Positions 44,046 to 54,363 of a stretch of 64,000 bases of DNA are shown piece by piece. The notes under the pieces were generated by a model. The model was given only the letters and a program-made list of their open reading frames with translations, did no database searches and was not told the origin of the DNA. Position numbers and translations under genes: made by a program. Location of the stretch: positions 9,422 to 73,421 of the forward strand of contig JAKDUR010000006.1 of the NCBI GenBank assembly GCA_030457605.1, given 5' to 3'. Source of the DNA: Halomonas sp. Its GTDB lineage: Bacteria > Pseudomonadota > Gammaproteobacteria > Pseudomonadales > Halomonadaceae. Position 1 is the first letter of the stretch. Each line of letters starts with the position of its first letter.

Positions 44046-45615
44046 GGGTTACCTCCTGGTTGGTCTCTGCCGGCGCATTTTCGCTCGGATCAAAGACGTC
44101 CACCGGCTTGACCAGCGTTGCGGTGGTCGAGCTTCCGTTGAACAGGCTCGGTTCGCTTTCGCCGTGGCAGCCGTCGCCGAAGCTGAAGCCGCAGCCGCCG
44201 CGCTCGGGGAAGGCGTCGGTGGCCATTTCCCGATGGCTTGTCGGAATCACGAAGCGGTCTTCGTAGTCGGCAATCGCCAGGTAGCGATACATGTCCTCGA
44301 CCTGGGCTTCGGTCAGGTCAACGTCCTTGAGAACTTCCACGTTGGGGTTGCCCTCGACGTGCTTGCCGCGCATGTAAAGGCGCATCGCCATCAGCCGCTT
44401 GAGCGCCAGCACCACGGGCGCTTCTTCGCCGGCGGTAAGCATGTTGGCCAGGTACTTCACCGGAATGCGCAGCGACTCGATTTTGGGCATGATGCCGTCG
44501 AACTCGACGTCGCCGGCCTCGGCCGCGGACTGGATCGGCGACAGCGGCGGCACGTACCACACCATGGGCAGAGTGCGGTATTCCGGGTGCAGCGGCAGCG
44601 CCAGGCCCCAGTCCATGGCCAGCTTGTACACCGGCGATTCCTGGGCGGCCTTGATCACGTTGTCCTTGATGCCGTCCTTTTTCGCCTGGGCGATGATCTC
44701 GGGATCGTGCGGGTCGAGGAAAATATCCCGCTGACGATGGTAAAGATCGCGCTCGTCCGGGGTGCTGGCCACTTCCTCGATGCGGTCGGCGTCGTAAAGC
44801 ATCACGCCCAGGTAGCGGATGCGGCCCACGCAGGTTTCGGAACACACCGTGGGCTGGCCGGCTTCGATACGTGGGTAGCAGAAGATGCACTTCTCGGACT
44901 TGCCGGACTTCCAGTTGTAGTAGATCTTCTTGTACGGACAGCCGGAGATGCACATCCGCCAGCCGCGGCACTTGTCCTGGTCGATCAGCACGATGCCGTC
45001 TTCCTCGCGCTTGTAGATCGCGCCGCTGGGGCACGCCGCTACGCACGTGGGGTTGAGGCAGTGCTCGCAGAGCCTGGGCAGATACATCATGAAGGTGTTT
45101 TCAAACTGGCCGTAGATGTCGGCCTGGACCTTCTCGAAGTTCATGTCCTTGCGGCGCTTTTCAAACTCGGTGCCGAGGATTTCCTCCCAGTTGGGACCCC
45201 ACTCGATCTTTTTCATGCGCTTGCCGGAAATCAGCGAGCGCGGGCGCGCGGTGGGCTGGTGCTCGCCCTGCTTGGCGTTGTGCAGGTGCTGATAGTCAAA
45301 GGTGAACGGCTCGTAGTAGTCGTCGATTTCGGGCAGATCGGGGTTGGCGAAAATATTCGCCAGCACCCGCCATTTGCCGCCAATGCGCGGCTTGATCTTG
45401 CCGTTCTTGCCGCGGATCCAGCCGCCGTTCCACTTGGCCTGGTTTTCCCACTCCTTGGGGTAGCCAATGCCGGGCTTGGTTTCGACGTTGTTGAACCAGG
45501 CGTATTCCACGCCTTCGCGGCTGGTCCAGACGTTTTTGCACGTCACCGAGCAGGTATGACAGCCGATGCACTTGTCGAGGTTCAAGACCATGCCGACCTG
45601 GGAGCGAATCTTCAT
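44038..45615 (-). CDS. narH: Respiratory nitrate reductase beta subunit
   Basis: LDKCIGCHTCSVTCK, LCEHCLNP, CRGWRMC, KCIFCYPR. Confidence 0.98.
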   Translation of the reverse strand: MKIRSQVGMVLNLDKCIGCHTCSVTCKNVWTSREGVEYAWFNNVETKPGIGYPKEWENQAKWNGGWIRGKNGKIKPRIGGKWRVLANIFANPDLPEIDDYYEPFTFDYQHLHNAKQGEHQPTARPRSLISGKRMKKIEWGPNWEEILGTEFEKRRKDMNFEKVQADIYGQFENTFMMYLPRLCEHCLNPTCVAACPSGAIYKREEDGIVLIDQDKCRGWRMCISGCPYKKIYYNWKSGKSEKCIFCYPRIEAGQPTVCSETCVGRIRYLGVMLYDADRIEEVASTPDERDLYHRQRDIFLDPHDPEIIAQAKKDGIKDNVIKAAQESPVYKLAMDWGLALPLHPEYRTLPMVWYVPPLSPIQSAAEAGDVEFDGIMPKIESLRIPVKYLANMLTAGEEAPVVLALKRLMAMRLYMRGKHVEGNPNVEVLKDVDLTEAQVEDMYRYLAIADYEDRFVIPTSHREMATDAFPERGGCGFSFGDGCHGESEPSLFNGSSTTATLVKPVDVFDPSENAPAETNQEVTHD

Positions 45616-48600
45616 TTAACGGCCTCCTGAACGTAGTCGTTATTCTCGCCGTCGAGCCAGTCGATGTTGTGCATCTTGCGTACCAGCACAAACTCATCGC
45701 GGTTGGAGCCCACGGTGCCGTAGTAGTTGAAGCTGTAGGCCAGGTGCGCGTAGCCGCCGATCATGTGGGTTGGCTTGGGGCACACCCGCGTCACAGAGTT
45801 GTGGATGCCGCCCCGGGTGCCGGTAATCTCGGAGCCGGGGATGTTCACGATCCGCTCCTGGGCGTGATACATCATCGCCATGCCGTTCTTGACCCGCTGG
45901 CTGACCACCACCCGGGCGGCAATCGCGCCGTTGGCGTTGTAGGCCTCGATCCAGTCGTTGTCTTCCACGCCGATGGATTTGGCGTCGTCTTCGGACATCC
46001 AGATGATCGGCCCGCCCCGGGACAGCGTCTGCATCAGCAGGTTGTCCGAGTAGGTGGAGTGAATCCCCCACTTCTGGTGCGGCGTAAGGAAGTTGAGCGC
46101 AATTTCCGGGTTGCCGTTGTCCTGGGGCACCGAGACGCTGGCCGCGGCCTTGGTGTCGATGGGCGGACGATACACCAGCAGGCTTTCGCCAAAGGCACGC
46201 ATCCAGGGGTGATCCTGATACAGCTGCTGGCGGCCGCTCACCGTGCGCCATGGGATCAGCTCGTGAACGTTGGTGTAGCCGGCGTTGTAGGACACGTGCT
46301 CATCTTCCAGGCCCGACCAGGTGGGGCTTGAGATGATCTTGCGCGGCTGGGCTACCACGTCGCGGAAGCGGATTTTCTCGTCTTCCTTGGGCCTGGCCAG
46401 GTGGGTGTGGTCGCGGCCGGTGATTTTCGACAGCGCGCCCCAGGCTTTTACTGCTACGGCACCGTTGGTTTCCGGCGCCAGCGTGAGAATCATCTCGGCG
46501 GCGTCGATGGCGCTTTCCAAAAGCGGCTGCCCCTTGGCCGGGCCGTCCAGCTTGCGGTGGTTGAGATTGCCCAGCAGCTCGACTTCCGACTCGGTCTTCC
46601 AGTCGATGCCCTTGCCGCCGTTGCCGATGTTTTCCAGCAGCGGGCCTACCGAGGTAAAGCGCTCGTAGGTTTCCGGGTAGTTGCGCTTGACCTCGATGAG
46701 GCTGGGCATGGTTTTGCCCGGAATCGGCTCGCACTCGCCCTTTTTCCAGTCAAGCACGGCGGTTTGCGCAAGCTCCGCCGGGGAGTCGTGCTGCATGGGC
46801 AGCGTGACCAGATCGGTCTCTTCGCCCAGGTGCCCCACGCTCGCCTCGGAAAACGCCTTGGCAATGCCCTTGTAGATTTCCCAGTCGCTGCGCGACTCCC
46901 ACGCCGGGTCGGTGGCCGCGGTCAGCGGGTGGATGAAGGGGTGCATGTCCGAGGTGTTGAGGTCGTTTTTCTCATACCAGGTGGCCGTGGGCAGCACGAT
47001 GTCCGAGTACAGGCAGGTGGTAGACATGCGGAAGTCCAGCGTTACCAGCAGATCAACCTTGCCTTCCGGCGCATCGTCGTGCCACTTGACCTCTTCGGGC
47101 TTGTGCGCGCCGGCCTCACCCAGGTTCTTGCCCTGAATGCCGTGGCGGGTGCCCAGCAGGTACTTGAGCATGTACTCGTGGCCCTTGCCCGAGCTGCCCA
47201 GCAGATTGGAGCGCCAGATGAACATGTTGCGCGGGAAGTTCTGCGGGTTGTCCGGATCTTCCGAGGCAAAGCTGAGCTTGCCGCTCTTGAGCTGGTCAAC
47301 CACGTAGGCCGACGTTTCCATGCCGGCCTTTTTGGCTTCGCCGGCCAGGTGCAGCGGGTTGGTGTTGAGCTGGGGCGCGGACGGCAGCCAGCCCATGCGC
47401 TCGGCGCGCACGTTGTAGTCGATCAGGTTGCCGGAATAGTCCTTGGCCTGGGCCAGCGGCGAGAGCAGCTCCTTGATCTCGAGCTTCTCGTAGCGCCACT
47501 GGCTTGAGTGGTTGTAGAAAAACGAGGTGCCGTTCATGTGGCGCGGCGGGCGCTGCCAGTCAAGGCCAAAGGCCAGCGGCGTCCAGCCGGTTTGCGGGCG
47601 CAGTTTTTCCTGCCCCACGTAGTGGGACCAGCCGCCGCCGGTTTGCCCCACGCTGCCGCACATGACCAGCATGTTGATCAGGCCGCGGTAGTTCATGTCC
47701 ATGTGGTACCAGTGGTTCATCCCGGCACCCACGATAATCATGGAGCGGCCGCTGGTTTTATGGGCGTTGTCGGCAAACTCCCGGGCAATGCGGATGGCCT
47801 GTTCGGCCGGCACGCCGGTGATCTTTTCCTGCCACGCCGGGGTATACGGACGAATCTGGCCGTAGTCGGTGGCACCGTCGTCTTCGCCTTCAGCGCCAAA
47901 GCCGCGGTCGATGCCGTAGTTGGCGCACATCAGGTCAAACACGGTGACCATCAGCACGTCGGTGCCGTCGGCCTTTTTGACCCGCTTGACCGGCAGGCTG
48001 TGGTAGAGAATCTCGTCGTGTACGCCTTCGTTCTTGACGCTCTCGAAGTGCTTGTGCTCGATGCCGCCAAAGTACGGGAAGGCCACCCGCGCGATGTCGT
48101 CATGGCGCTTGTCGAGGCTCAGCAGCGGAGCGATGTCAGCGCCGTCGGCGTCAAGCGACTCAAGGTTCCACTTGCCGCGGTTGGCCTCGTCTTCGCCCCA
48201 GCGGAAGCCGATGGAGCCCCTCGGCACCACCAGCTGGTCCCGGGCGTCATCCCAGGCCACGGTTTTCCACTCGGGGTTGTTGCCCTGGCCAAGACTTGCC
48301 TCGAAGTCGCTGGCGCGCATCTGGCGGCCGGGAACGTAGCTTCCGTCTTCGCGCGGCTCAAGCTCTACCAGGCACGGCATGTCGGTGTAGCGGCGCACGT
48401 AGTCGGTGAAGTAGGCGCTGGGATTATCAAGGTGGAATTCCTTGAGAATCACGTGGCCCATGGCCAGCGACAGCGCGGCGTCGGTGCCCTGCTTGGCCGA
48501 GAGCCACTCGTCGGTCAGCTTGGAAACTTCGGAATAGTCGGGGCAGACGGAGACCGTCTTGGTGCCCTTGTAGCGCACTTCGGTGAAGAAGTGGGCGTCC

Positions 48601-49388
48601 GGCGTGCGCGTTTGCGGCACGTTGGAGCCCCAGGCAATGATGTAGCCGGAGTTGTACCAGTCGGCGGATTCCGGCACGTCGGTCTGCTCGCCCCAGGTCT
48701 GGGGGCTGGCCGGCGGCAGGTCGCAGTACCAGTCGTAGAACGACAGGCACACGCCGCCGATCAGCGACAGGTAGCGCGCGCCGGAGGCGTAGGAAATCAT
48801 CGACATCGCCGGGATCGGCGAGAAGCCGATGATGCGGTCCGGGCCGTACTGCTTGGCGGTATAGACGTTCGAGGCGGCGATGATCTGGTTGAGCTCGTCC
48901 CAGTCGGCGCGGACAAACCCGCCCATGCCCCGGGCACGCTTGTACTGCTTGGTGTTGGCCGGGTCTTCAACAATCGCGGCCCAGGCGTCTACCGGGTCTT
49001 TCTTGTCCGCCAGCACCTTGCGCCACAGCGCCAGCAGCGGCTTTCTGATCAGCGGATACTTGAGCCGGTTGGCGCTGTACATGTACCAGGAGTAGCTGGC
49101 ACCGCGCGGGCAGCCGCGGGGTTCATGGTTGGGCAGGTCGGGACGGGTACGCGGATAGTCGGTCTGCTGGGTTTCCCAGGTGACCAGGCCATTCTTGACG
49201 TAGATTTTCCAGCTGCACGAGCCGGTGCAGTTCACACCGTGGGTGGAGCGCACGATCTTGTCGTGCTGCCAGCGGCGGCGGTAGCTGTCTTCCCACTCGC
49301 GCGACTCCTGGCGCAGTTCGCCGTGCTCGTTGGCAAACGGCTCGCGAGCCTTGCGGAAAAAATTCAGCCGGTCAATGAAATGACTCAT
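45612..49388 (-). CDS. narG: Respiratory nitrate reductase alpha subunit
   Basis: RSTHGVNCTGSC, PRGCPRG, FYDWYCDLP, TPHQKWGIHS; start at ATG 49388 after GGAG. Confidence 0.98.
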   Translation of the reverse strand: MSHFIDRLNFFRKAREPFANEHGELRQESREWEDSYRRRWQHDKIVRSTHGVNCTGSCSWKIYVKNGLVTWETQQTDYPRTRPDLPNHEPRGCPRGASYSWYMYSANRLKYPLIRKPLLALWRKVLADKKDPVDAWAAIVEDPANTKQYKRARGMGGFVRADWDELNQIIAASNVYTAKQYGPDRIIGFSPIPAMSMISYASGARYLSLIGGVCLSFYDWYCDLPPASPQTWGEQTDVPESADWYNSGYIIAWGSNVPQTRTPDAHFFTEVRYKGTKTVSVCPDYSEVSKLTDEWLSAKQGTDAALSLAMGHVILKEFHLDNPSAYFTDYVRRYTDMPCLVELEPREDGSYVPGRQMRASDFEASLGQGNNPEWKTVAWDDARDQLVVPRGSIGFRWGEDEANRGKWNLESLDADGADIAPLLSLDKRHDDIARVAFPYFGGIEHKHFESVKNEGVHDEILYHSLPVKRVKKADGTDVLMVTVFDLMCANYGIDRGFGAEGEDDGATDYGQIRPYTPAWQEKITGVPAEQAIRIAREFADNAHKTSGRSMIIVGAGMNHWYHMDMNYRGLINMLVMCGSVGQTGGGWSHYVGQEKLRPQTGWTPLAFGLDWQRPPRHMNGTSFFYNHSSQWRYEKLEIKELLSPLAQAKDYSGNLIDYNVRAERMGWLPSAPQLNTNPLHLAGEAKKAGMETSAYVVDQLKSGKLSFASEDPDNPQNFPRNMFIWRSNLLGSSGKGHEYMLKYLLGTRHGIQGKNLGEAGAHKPEEVKWHDDAPEGKVDLLVTLDFRMSTTCLYSDIVLPTATWYEKNDLNTSDMHPFIHPLTAATDPAWESRSDWEIYKGIAKAFSEASVGHLGEETDLVTLPMQHDSPAELAQTAVLDWKKGECEPIPGKTMPSLIEVKRNYPETYERFTSVGPLLENIGNGGKGIDWKTESEVELLGNLNHRKLDGPAKGQPLLESAIDAAEMILTLAPETNGAVAVKAWGALSKITGRDHTHLARPKEDEKIRFRDVVAQPRKIISSPTWSGLEDEHVSYNAGYTNVHELIPWRTVSGRQQLYQDHPWMRAFGESLLVYRPPIDTKAAASVSVPQDNGNPEIALNFLTPHQKWGIHSTYSDNLLMQTLSRGGPIIWMSEDDAKSIGVEDNDWIEAYNANGAIAARVVVSQRVKNGMAMMYHAQERIVNIPGSEITGTRGGIHNSVTRVCPKPTHMIGGYAHLAYSFNYYGTVGSNRDEFVLVRKMHNIDWLDGENNDYVQEAVK

Positions 49389-49481
49389 GGTCGATCTCCC
49401 TGGCTTTAATAAAAGCAATTGCCTGCTGGCAGGCACCTTGAGATCGATATTGAAGGATTGGCACGCTGATTTCTGCCCGGT

Positions 49482-49518
49482 TACCTCCATATAATCACCC
49501 CCTACCACTTAGGGGATA
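49482..49518. promoter_or_regulatory. Candidate NarL heptamers upstream of narG
   Basis: TACCTCC at 49482 and TACCACT-ta-GGGGATA at 49503. Confidence 0.55.
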
Positions 49519-49562
49519 GGGGGTGGGAAGATCGGCTGAAAAGCTGACAGCGGCAGCGTTTC

Positions 49563-50732
49563 CTACGCGGCGGACAGCGACTGAGCCGGGCCGAAATACT
49601 CGTAATGGCGATGGCTTTCGGGTACGCCCAGCCGCTCAAGCCCCTGGTTCACTGCGGCCATAAAGCCGTGCGGGCCAACAAAGTAGCAGCGCGCCTGCGG
49701 CGTGACGTAAGTGGCCAGCAGCGCATCGTTGATCCGCCCCTGATGGTCGGCCGCGTCGCCCGTCTCATACACGGTGACGTTTTTCAGCGTTTGCGGATAC
49801 GCTCGGGTCAGGCTTTTCAGCGCGTCACCAAAGGCATGGTGCTCGGCATCAAGCGCGGCGTGTACGTAGGTCACCTGGCGGCCTTCTTCAAGCGCCTGGC
49901 GCGCCATGGGCAAAAGCGGCGTCTGGCCGACGCCACCACTGATCAGCAGCAGCGGCTCCTCGCCCCGGGCAAGGGTCAGCTCACCGGCCGGTGGCAGCAG
50001 GTCCAGCGTATCGCCCACGTCCATTCGGTCGTGGAAATAGCGGCTGGCAAGACCTTCCGGCTCGCGCTTGATCGACAGCCGGTAGCTCTTCCCGTTGGGC
50101 ACGTCAGACAGGCTGTAATGGCGATATACCGGCGTGCCGTCGATAGTGAGCCTGACGCCGATAAACTGCCCCGGCGAATGGGTCGCCACGGGGCCGCCGT
50201 CGACCGGCTCAAGCACGAACGAGCGGATCACACGGCTTTCCTGATGGGTGGCCGCAATACGGAAACGCCGGGTACCGCGCCAGCCACCTTCCTGCTGTTC
50301 GAATTGCTGATAGCGCTGTTCTTCAAGCTCGATCAAAAGTCCGGCCAGCTCATTGTAAAGTGCCGTCCAGGCGTCGGCCACTTCAGGCGTTACGGCATCG
50401 CCCAGCACTTCGCCAATCGCCGCCATCAGGCACTCGCCGACGATGGGATACTGATCCGGCTGAATATCCAGCGAGACGTGCTTGTTGACCACGATTTCAA
50501 GGGTCGCCCGCGCTGTTTCGGGCGTCTGGCGCAGCTGCACATAGGCCAGAATGGCACCGGCCAGCGCGCGGGGCTGCCCGCCATCCTGCTGGTGCGCCTG
50601 GTTGAACAGCGACGCCACTTCCGGGTAACGGGTAAACATCAATGGATAAAAACGCTGGGTAATTGCGTCAAGGTGTTCGGCTACCACGGGAGCGGTGGCG
50701 TCGATGATCTGTTCCTGTGCCTGTGTCAGCAT
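49563..50732 (-). CDS. hmp: Flavohemoglobin (NO dioxygenase)
   Basis: Globin FYPLMF...NKHVSL...YPIVG, RHYSLS, LISGGVGQTP, YEYFGP. Confidence 0.93.
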   Translation of the reverse strand: MLTQAQEQIIDATAPVVAEHLDAITQRFYPLMFTRYPEVASLFNQAHQQDGGQPRALAGAILAYVQLRQTPETARATLEIVVNKHVSLDIQPDQYPIVGECLMAAIGEVLGDAVTPEVADAWTALYNELAGLLIELEEQRYQQFEQQEGGWRGTRRFRIAATHQESRVIRSFVLEPVDGGPVATHSPGQFIGVRLTIDGTPVYRHYSLSDVPNGKSYRLSIKREPEGLASRYFHDRMDVGDTLDLLPPAGELTLARGEEPLLLISGGVGQTPLLPMARQALEEGRQVTYVHAALDAEHHAFGDALKSLTRAYPQTLKNVTVYETGDAADHQGRINDALLATYVTPQARCYFVGPHGFMAAVNQGLERLGVPESHRHYEYFGPAQSLSAA

Positions 50733-50760
50733 GGCTACCTCTTTTATCAGCCGCCTACAT

Positions 50761-50783
50761 AAGATGCATTAATAATGCATGTT
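50761..50783. promoter_or_regulatory. NsrR operator upstream of hmp
   Basis: AAGATGCATTA-A-TAATGCATGTT 11-1-11 inverted repeat. Confidence 0.85.
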
Positions 50784-50810
50784 TAAATTATCAAGCTTTC
50801 CCGGCCTCTG

Positions 50811-50853
50811 CAATCCACCGCGACAATTCACCGCTACAATTCACCGCGACAAC
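50811..50853. repeat. 13-bp tandem repeat x3 in the hmp-nsrR intergenic region
   Basis: CAATCCACCGCGA CAATTCACCGCTA CAATTCACCGCGA CAAC. Confidence 0.8.
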
Positions 50854-50979
50854 GGATACCTGATCACCAACCAGCGAACACGGCAGTTCAGCACTACATT
50901 GGGAATAAAGGTGCGGTAACAAAGCAAAACATGAGTAAACATCGTACAATGGCGAAAAGCTTTTTTGAGGCGGTCTCTT

Positions 50980-51426
50980 ATGCATTTGACGCGCTTTACC
51001 GACTATTCGATCCGGGTGTTGCTTTATCTGGCCACCAAGGGCGAAGAGCGTTCGACGATCAGTGAGATCGCCGAGACGTTCAACATTTCACGTAACCATC
51101 TGATGAAGATCGTTCAGGAGCTGAATCAAAAAGGCTACCTGAAGGCGATTCGTGGCAAGCACGGCGGGCTGTTGCTCAACCGTTCACCGGCAAGCATCAG
51201 CCTGGGTGCACTCATCCGCGATACCGAACAGGAAATGGCGCTGGTGGAATGCTTTCGTGACGACAACGCCTGCGTGATTACGCCCCACTGCCGGCTTCAG
51301 CCTATCCTCGCCGAGGCTCTCAGTGCGTTTTTGCACGTGCTTGACGCCTATACTCTGGCAGATCTTCTTGACGGTCGCAGCGCCGAACTCGCTCGGCTGA
51401 TGCAAATCCCCACCGTCAGCGTGTAG
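50980..51426 (+). CDS. nsrR: Rrf2-family NO-sensing repressor
   Basis: MHLTRFTDYSIR, SRNHLMKIV, RGKHGG, three Cys in LVEC...AC...HCRL; divergent from hmp. Confidence 0.9.
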   Translation: MHLTRFTDYSIRVLLYLATKGEERSTISEIAETFNISRNHLMKIVQELNQKGYLKAIRGKHGGLLLNRSPASISLGALIRDTEQEMALVECFRDDNACVITPHCRLQPILAEALSAFLHVLDAYTLADLLDGRSAELARLMQIPTVSV

Positions 51427-51462
51427 AGGCTCTACCAAAAGAGGTAGCGCCACCACTTCTTA

Positions 51463-51478
51463 TACCTCCAAAGACGTA
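51463..51478. promoter_or_regulatory. Candidate NarL 7-2-7 site upstream of narX
   Basis: TACCTCC-AA-AGACGTA. Confidence 0.55.
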
Positions 51479-51589
51479 ATACACTGCCTGAGCCATTAGG
51501 TGTGCATTAACGCGCATCGCTAGTACGTGCGCAGGTGTACTATCCAGAGCGTTCTCCGGCACGCTTCAGTGCCTTTTATCGGGAGTCGT

Positions 51590-53458
51590 ATGAAGGCTTT
51601 ACGGCATTCGCTTGTCGCACGCATCGTCGTCTTTCTGGTGCTGATCAGCAGCCTGGCCATGGCGAGCATCGGCCTGACCGTGGTGATGGCCAAAAGCACC
51701 CAGGGGGACGCCGCAGCGATCAATGAAGCCGGCGCGTTACGTTTGGCCAGCGCACGCATCATCAACGTACTGGAACATCCGGATATTACGCCTTCGCCCC
51801 TTCTCGCGACGCTGAAAACGCAACTGGAAAGCTCCACGCTGGAAACCCAGCCACATTACGGGTTGCTCAACCGGATGGCTTCGGCGCGCGCCAATGCAGC
51901 GCTTGAGCAGCTACGCCAGACCCTTAACGACAACATCATCCCCGCGGTTCTGACAGCACACGGCGAAGATGCCCAGCACATTGCCGGCACAGTAGCTCGG
52001 CTCAACGGCTTTATTCAGCAAATCGACAACTTTGTCTCTCTGCGCGAGCACGCCACCGAAACCAGAATCAGCCTGATGGGCAGGATACAGGCGCTGTTTC
52101 TCGGCCTGATTACGCTGCTGCTGATTACCGCGCTCATCGACACGCGCCGCAACCTGGCCCGGCCACTACGCCGGCTGATGCGGCTTAGCCGCGCGTTCAG
52201 CCAGCGCCGTTTTGACCACCGCAGCGATTTTTCAGGCCCGGATGAACTGGGCAGGCTGGGGCGCACCCTTGATCATATGGCCGCCGAGCTGGATGCCAGC
52301 TACCAGGCACTGGAAGCGCGGGTTACGCACAAAACCGCCGAACTTGAGCGCCACAACCACGCCCTGCAAATCATTCACAACAGCAGCCGCAGCCTGTACG
52401 GCGGCGGCAACGACCTGTGCGCCAGCGCCGCCCCGCTACTGCGCCGGCTTGAAGAAGTGCTCGACATTGGCCCCATCGTGTTGTCCCTGCACAACGAGCA
52501 TGACGGCAGCGACATGGAAATACTCGCCACCCATTCCCACGAGCGTCCGCTCTACTGCCGGGATCTTGAGTGTTTTGCCTGCCTGGGCACAGACGAAGCT
52601 CATTCTGATGAACAACATATTCCGCTTGTTGATGAGCGCGCCCGGGTGCTGGTATTGCCCGTTGTCGCCGGTCACCTGACCCTTGGCTATCTGACGGTGG
52701 GCTACCTTGAAGCACCCGACTCATCGACGCGCCAGCTGCTCAATACGCTGGCCGACCAGCTGGCCACGGCCATCTACCTGGAACATCGTATTGAAGAACA
52801 GCAGCAGCTCTCCCTGATCCAGGAGCGCACCATCATTGCCCGGGAGCTTCATGACTCCCTCGCCCAGTCGCTGTCATACCTCAAAATGCAGGTCGCACGG
52901 CTGGAACGTATGCAGGCCCGGGATTTTCCTGCCGAACGCCAGGCCGACGTTATCGGGGATTTGCGCGAAGGGCTCAACAGCGCCTATCGTCAGCTCCGTG
53001 AGTTGTTGACCACCTTCCGGCTATCGCTGGACAAATCCGGCCTGCAGCCTGCCCTTGAACAGACCATTCGTGAGTTTAGCCAGCGGCTGGGGTTCGACAT
53101 CGAATTCAGCCATCAGGTGCCGCCGTACCTGCTGAGCGCCAATGAAGAAATCCACCTGTTACAGATCACCCGGGAAGCGCTGGCCAACACCGTCAAACAC
53201 GCCCATGCCCACTGGGCGCGGGTCAGCCTGACGTTTCAGCAGGCAAAGCTGCACCTGGCCATTGAAGATGACGGTATCGGTTTTGAGAGCGAAGACTCAC
53301 CCCCGATGCACTACGGCCTTGTCATCATGCGCGATCGCGCGCGGCACATGGGTGCCCGGCTGACGCTCGACAACCGCCCCGAAGGCGGCACCGGAGTACA
53401 CCTTTACATGACCCCCCAGGCAGACCGATTGATCAAGGAAGGGAGTTCACACGTATGA
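51590..53458 (+). CDS. narX: Nitrate/nitrite sensor histidine kinase
   Basis: P-box AINEAGALR, HAMP DELGRL, central Cys cluster, IARELHDSLAQSLSY, DDGIG, HYGL. Confidence 0.9.
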   Translation: MKALRHSLVARIVVFLVLISSLAMASIGLTVVMAKSTQGDAAAINEAGALRLASARIINVLEHPDITPSPLLATLKTQLESSTLETQPHYGLLNRMASARANAALEQLRQTLNDNIIPAVLTAHGEDAQHIAGTVARLNGFIQQIDNFVSLREHATETRISLMGRIQALFLGLITLLLITALIDTRRNLARPLRRLMRLSRAFSQRRFDHRSDFSGPDELGRLGRTLDHMAAELDASYQALEARVTHKTAELERHNHALQIIHNSSRSLYGGGNDLCASAAPLLRRLEEVLDIGPIVLSLHNEHDGSDMEILATHSHERPLYCRDLECFACLGTDEAHSDEQHIPLVDERARVLVLPVVAGHLTLGYLTVGYLEAPDSSTRQLLNTLADQLATAIYLEHRIEEQQQLSLIQERTIIARELHDSLAQSLSYLKMQVARLERMQARDFPAERQADVIGDLREGLNSAYRQLRELLTTFRLSLDKSGLQPALEQTIREFSQRLGFDIEFSHQVPPYLLSANEEIHLLQITREALANTVKHAHAHWARVSLTFQQAKLHLAIEDDGIGFESEDSPPMHYGLVIMRDRARHMGARLTLDNRPEGGTGVHLYMTPQADRLIKEGSSHV

Positions 53459-54126
53459 CAAGCGCTGTCACTGACTCAGCTGCGACGATCATGATCGTCG
53501 ACGACCATCCTTTACTCCGCCGTGGCGTACGCCAGCTACTGGAAATCGAAGACGACCTGACGCTGATATTTGATACCGGCTCGCCCCTTGAAGGCATCGA
53601 GCAGGCCGCCGCGCAGGAGCCGGACATGCTGCTACTCGACCTTAACATGCCCGGGATCGACGGGCTCGAAACCCTCAAGCGTCTGCGCAGCGCCGGTTAC
53701 GCCGGGCGCGTCATCATGTACACCGTATCCGACCAGGAAGACGACGTGGTTGACGCCTTGCGCAACGGCGCCGACGGCTATTTGCTCAAGGACATGGAGC
53801 CGGAGGACCTTGTGCACCAGTTACGCCAGGCGGCCAAAGGGCGCATGGCCATCAGCGAAAACCTGACCGCCCTGCTGGCCCAGGCATTACGTAACCAGCG
53901 CCACACCGAAAGCGCTCCCACGCTTGACGTGCTGACCCAGCGCGAGCGGGAAATCCTGCGCGAACTGGCCGCCGGCATGTCCAACAAGCTGATCGCCCGC
54001 AAGCTCGACATCACCGAAGGCACGGTCAAGGTTCACGTCAAGCACCTGCTGAAAAAACTCAGGCTGCGCTCCCGGGTCGAGGCCGCCGTCTGGGCGGTGC
54101 AGAAAGGACTTGCGTCAGATCATTAA
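53455..54126 (+). CDS. narL: Nitrate response regulator
   Basis: VDDHPLLRRG, LLDLNMP, LTQREREIL...SNKLIARKLDITEGTVKVHVK. Confidence 0.94.
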   Translation: MTSAVTDSAATIMIVDDHPLLRRGVRQLLEIEDDLTLIFDTGSPLEGIEQAAAQEPDMLLLDLNMPGIDGLETLKRLRSAGYAGRVIMYTVSDQEDDVVDALRNGADGYLLKDMEPEDLVHQLRQAAKGRMAISENLTALLAQALRNQRHTESAPTLDVLTQREREILRELAAGMSNKLIARKLDITEGTVKVHVKHLLKKLRLRSRVEAAVWAVQKGLASDH

Positions 54127-54242
54127 AACGCTCGTTCCCTATGGTTACCTCTAAAGACTCAGGTGGTAGCATGCCACCTGATCCCGCCTACCTCCTTATC
54201 TCAAAAACCTTAAAAAAACATCACGTTAAATAATTAAAACAT

Positions 54243-54258
54243 TACCTCTATCGAGGTA
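54243..54258. promoter_or_regulatory. NarL 7-2-7 site upstream of narK
   Basis: TACCTCT-AT-CGAGGTA; additional TACCTC heptamers lie further upstream in the same intergenic region. Confidence 0.7.
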
Positions 54259-54363
54259 GCGACAAAACCCGCGCCTGATTTAGCCCGTTTCTTCCTGCCC
54301 CGGCAATGCGTATCTTTTCTTGTAGTACTGCTTTCGCGCTACCTGCGTTCAGAGGGATACGCC

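Noticed and set aside
44044-49409. Long plus-strand ORFs (528, 368 and 633 aa)
   Set aside because: Antisense shadows of narH and narG with no recognisable motifs.
49605-50762. 385-aa ORF antisense to hmp
   Set aside because: Shadow ORF; the hmp strand carries all the motifs and the NsrR operator.
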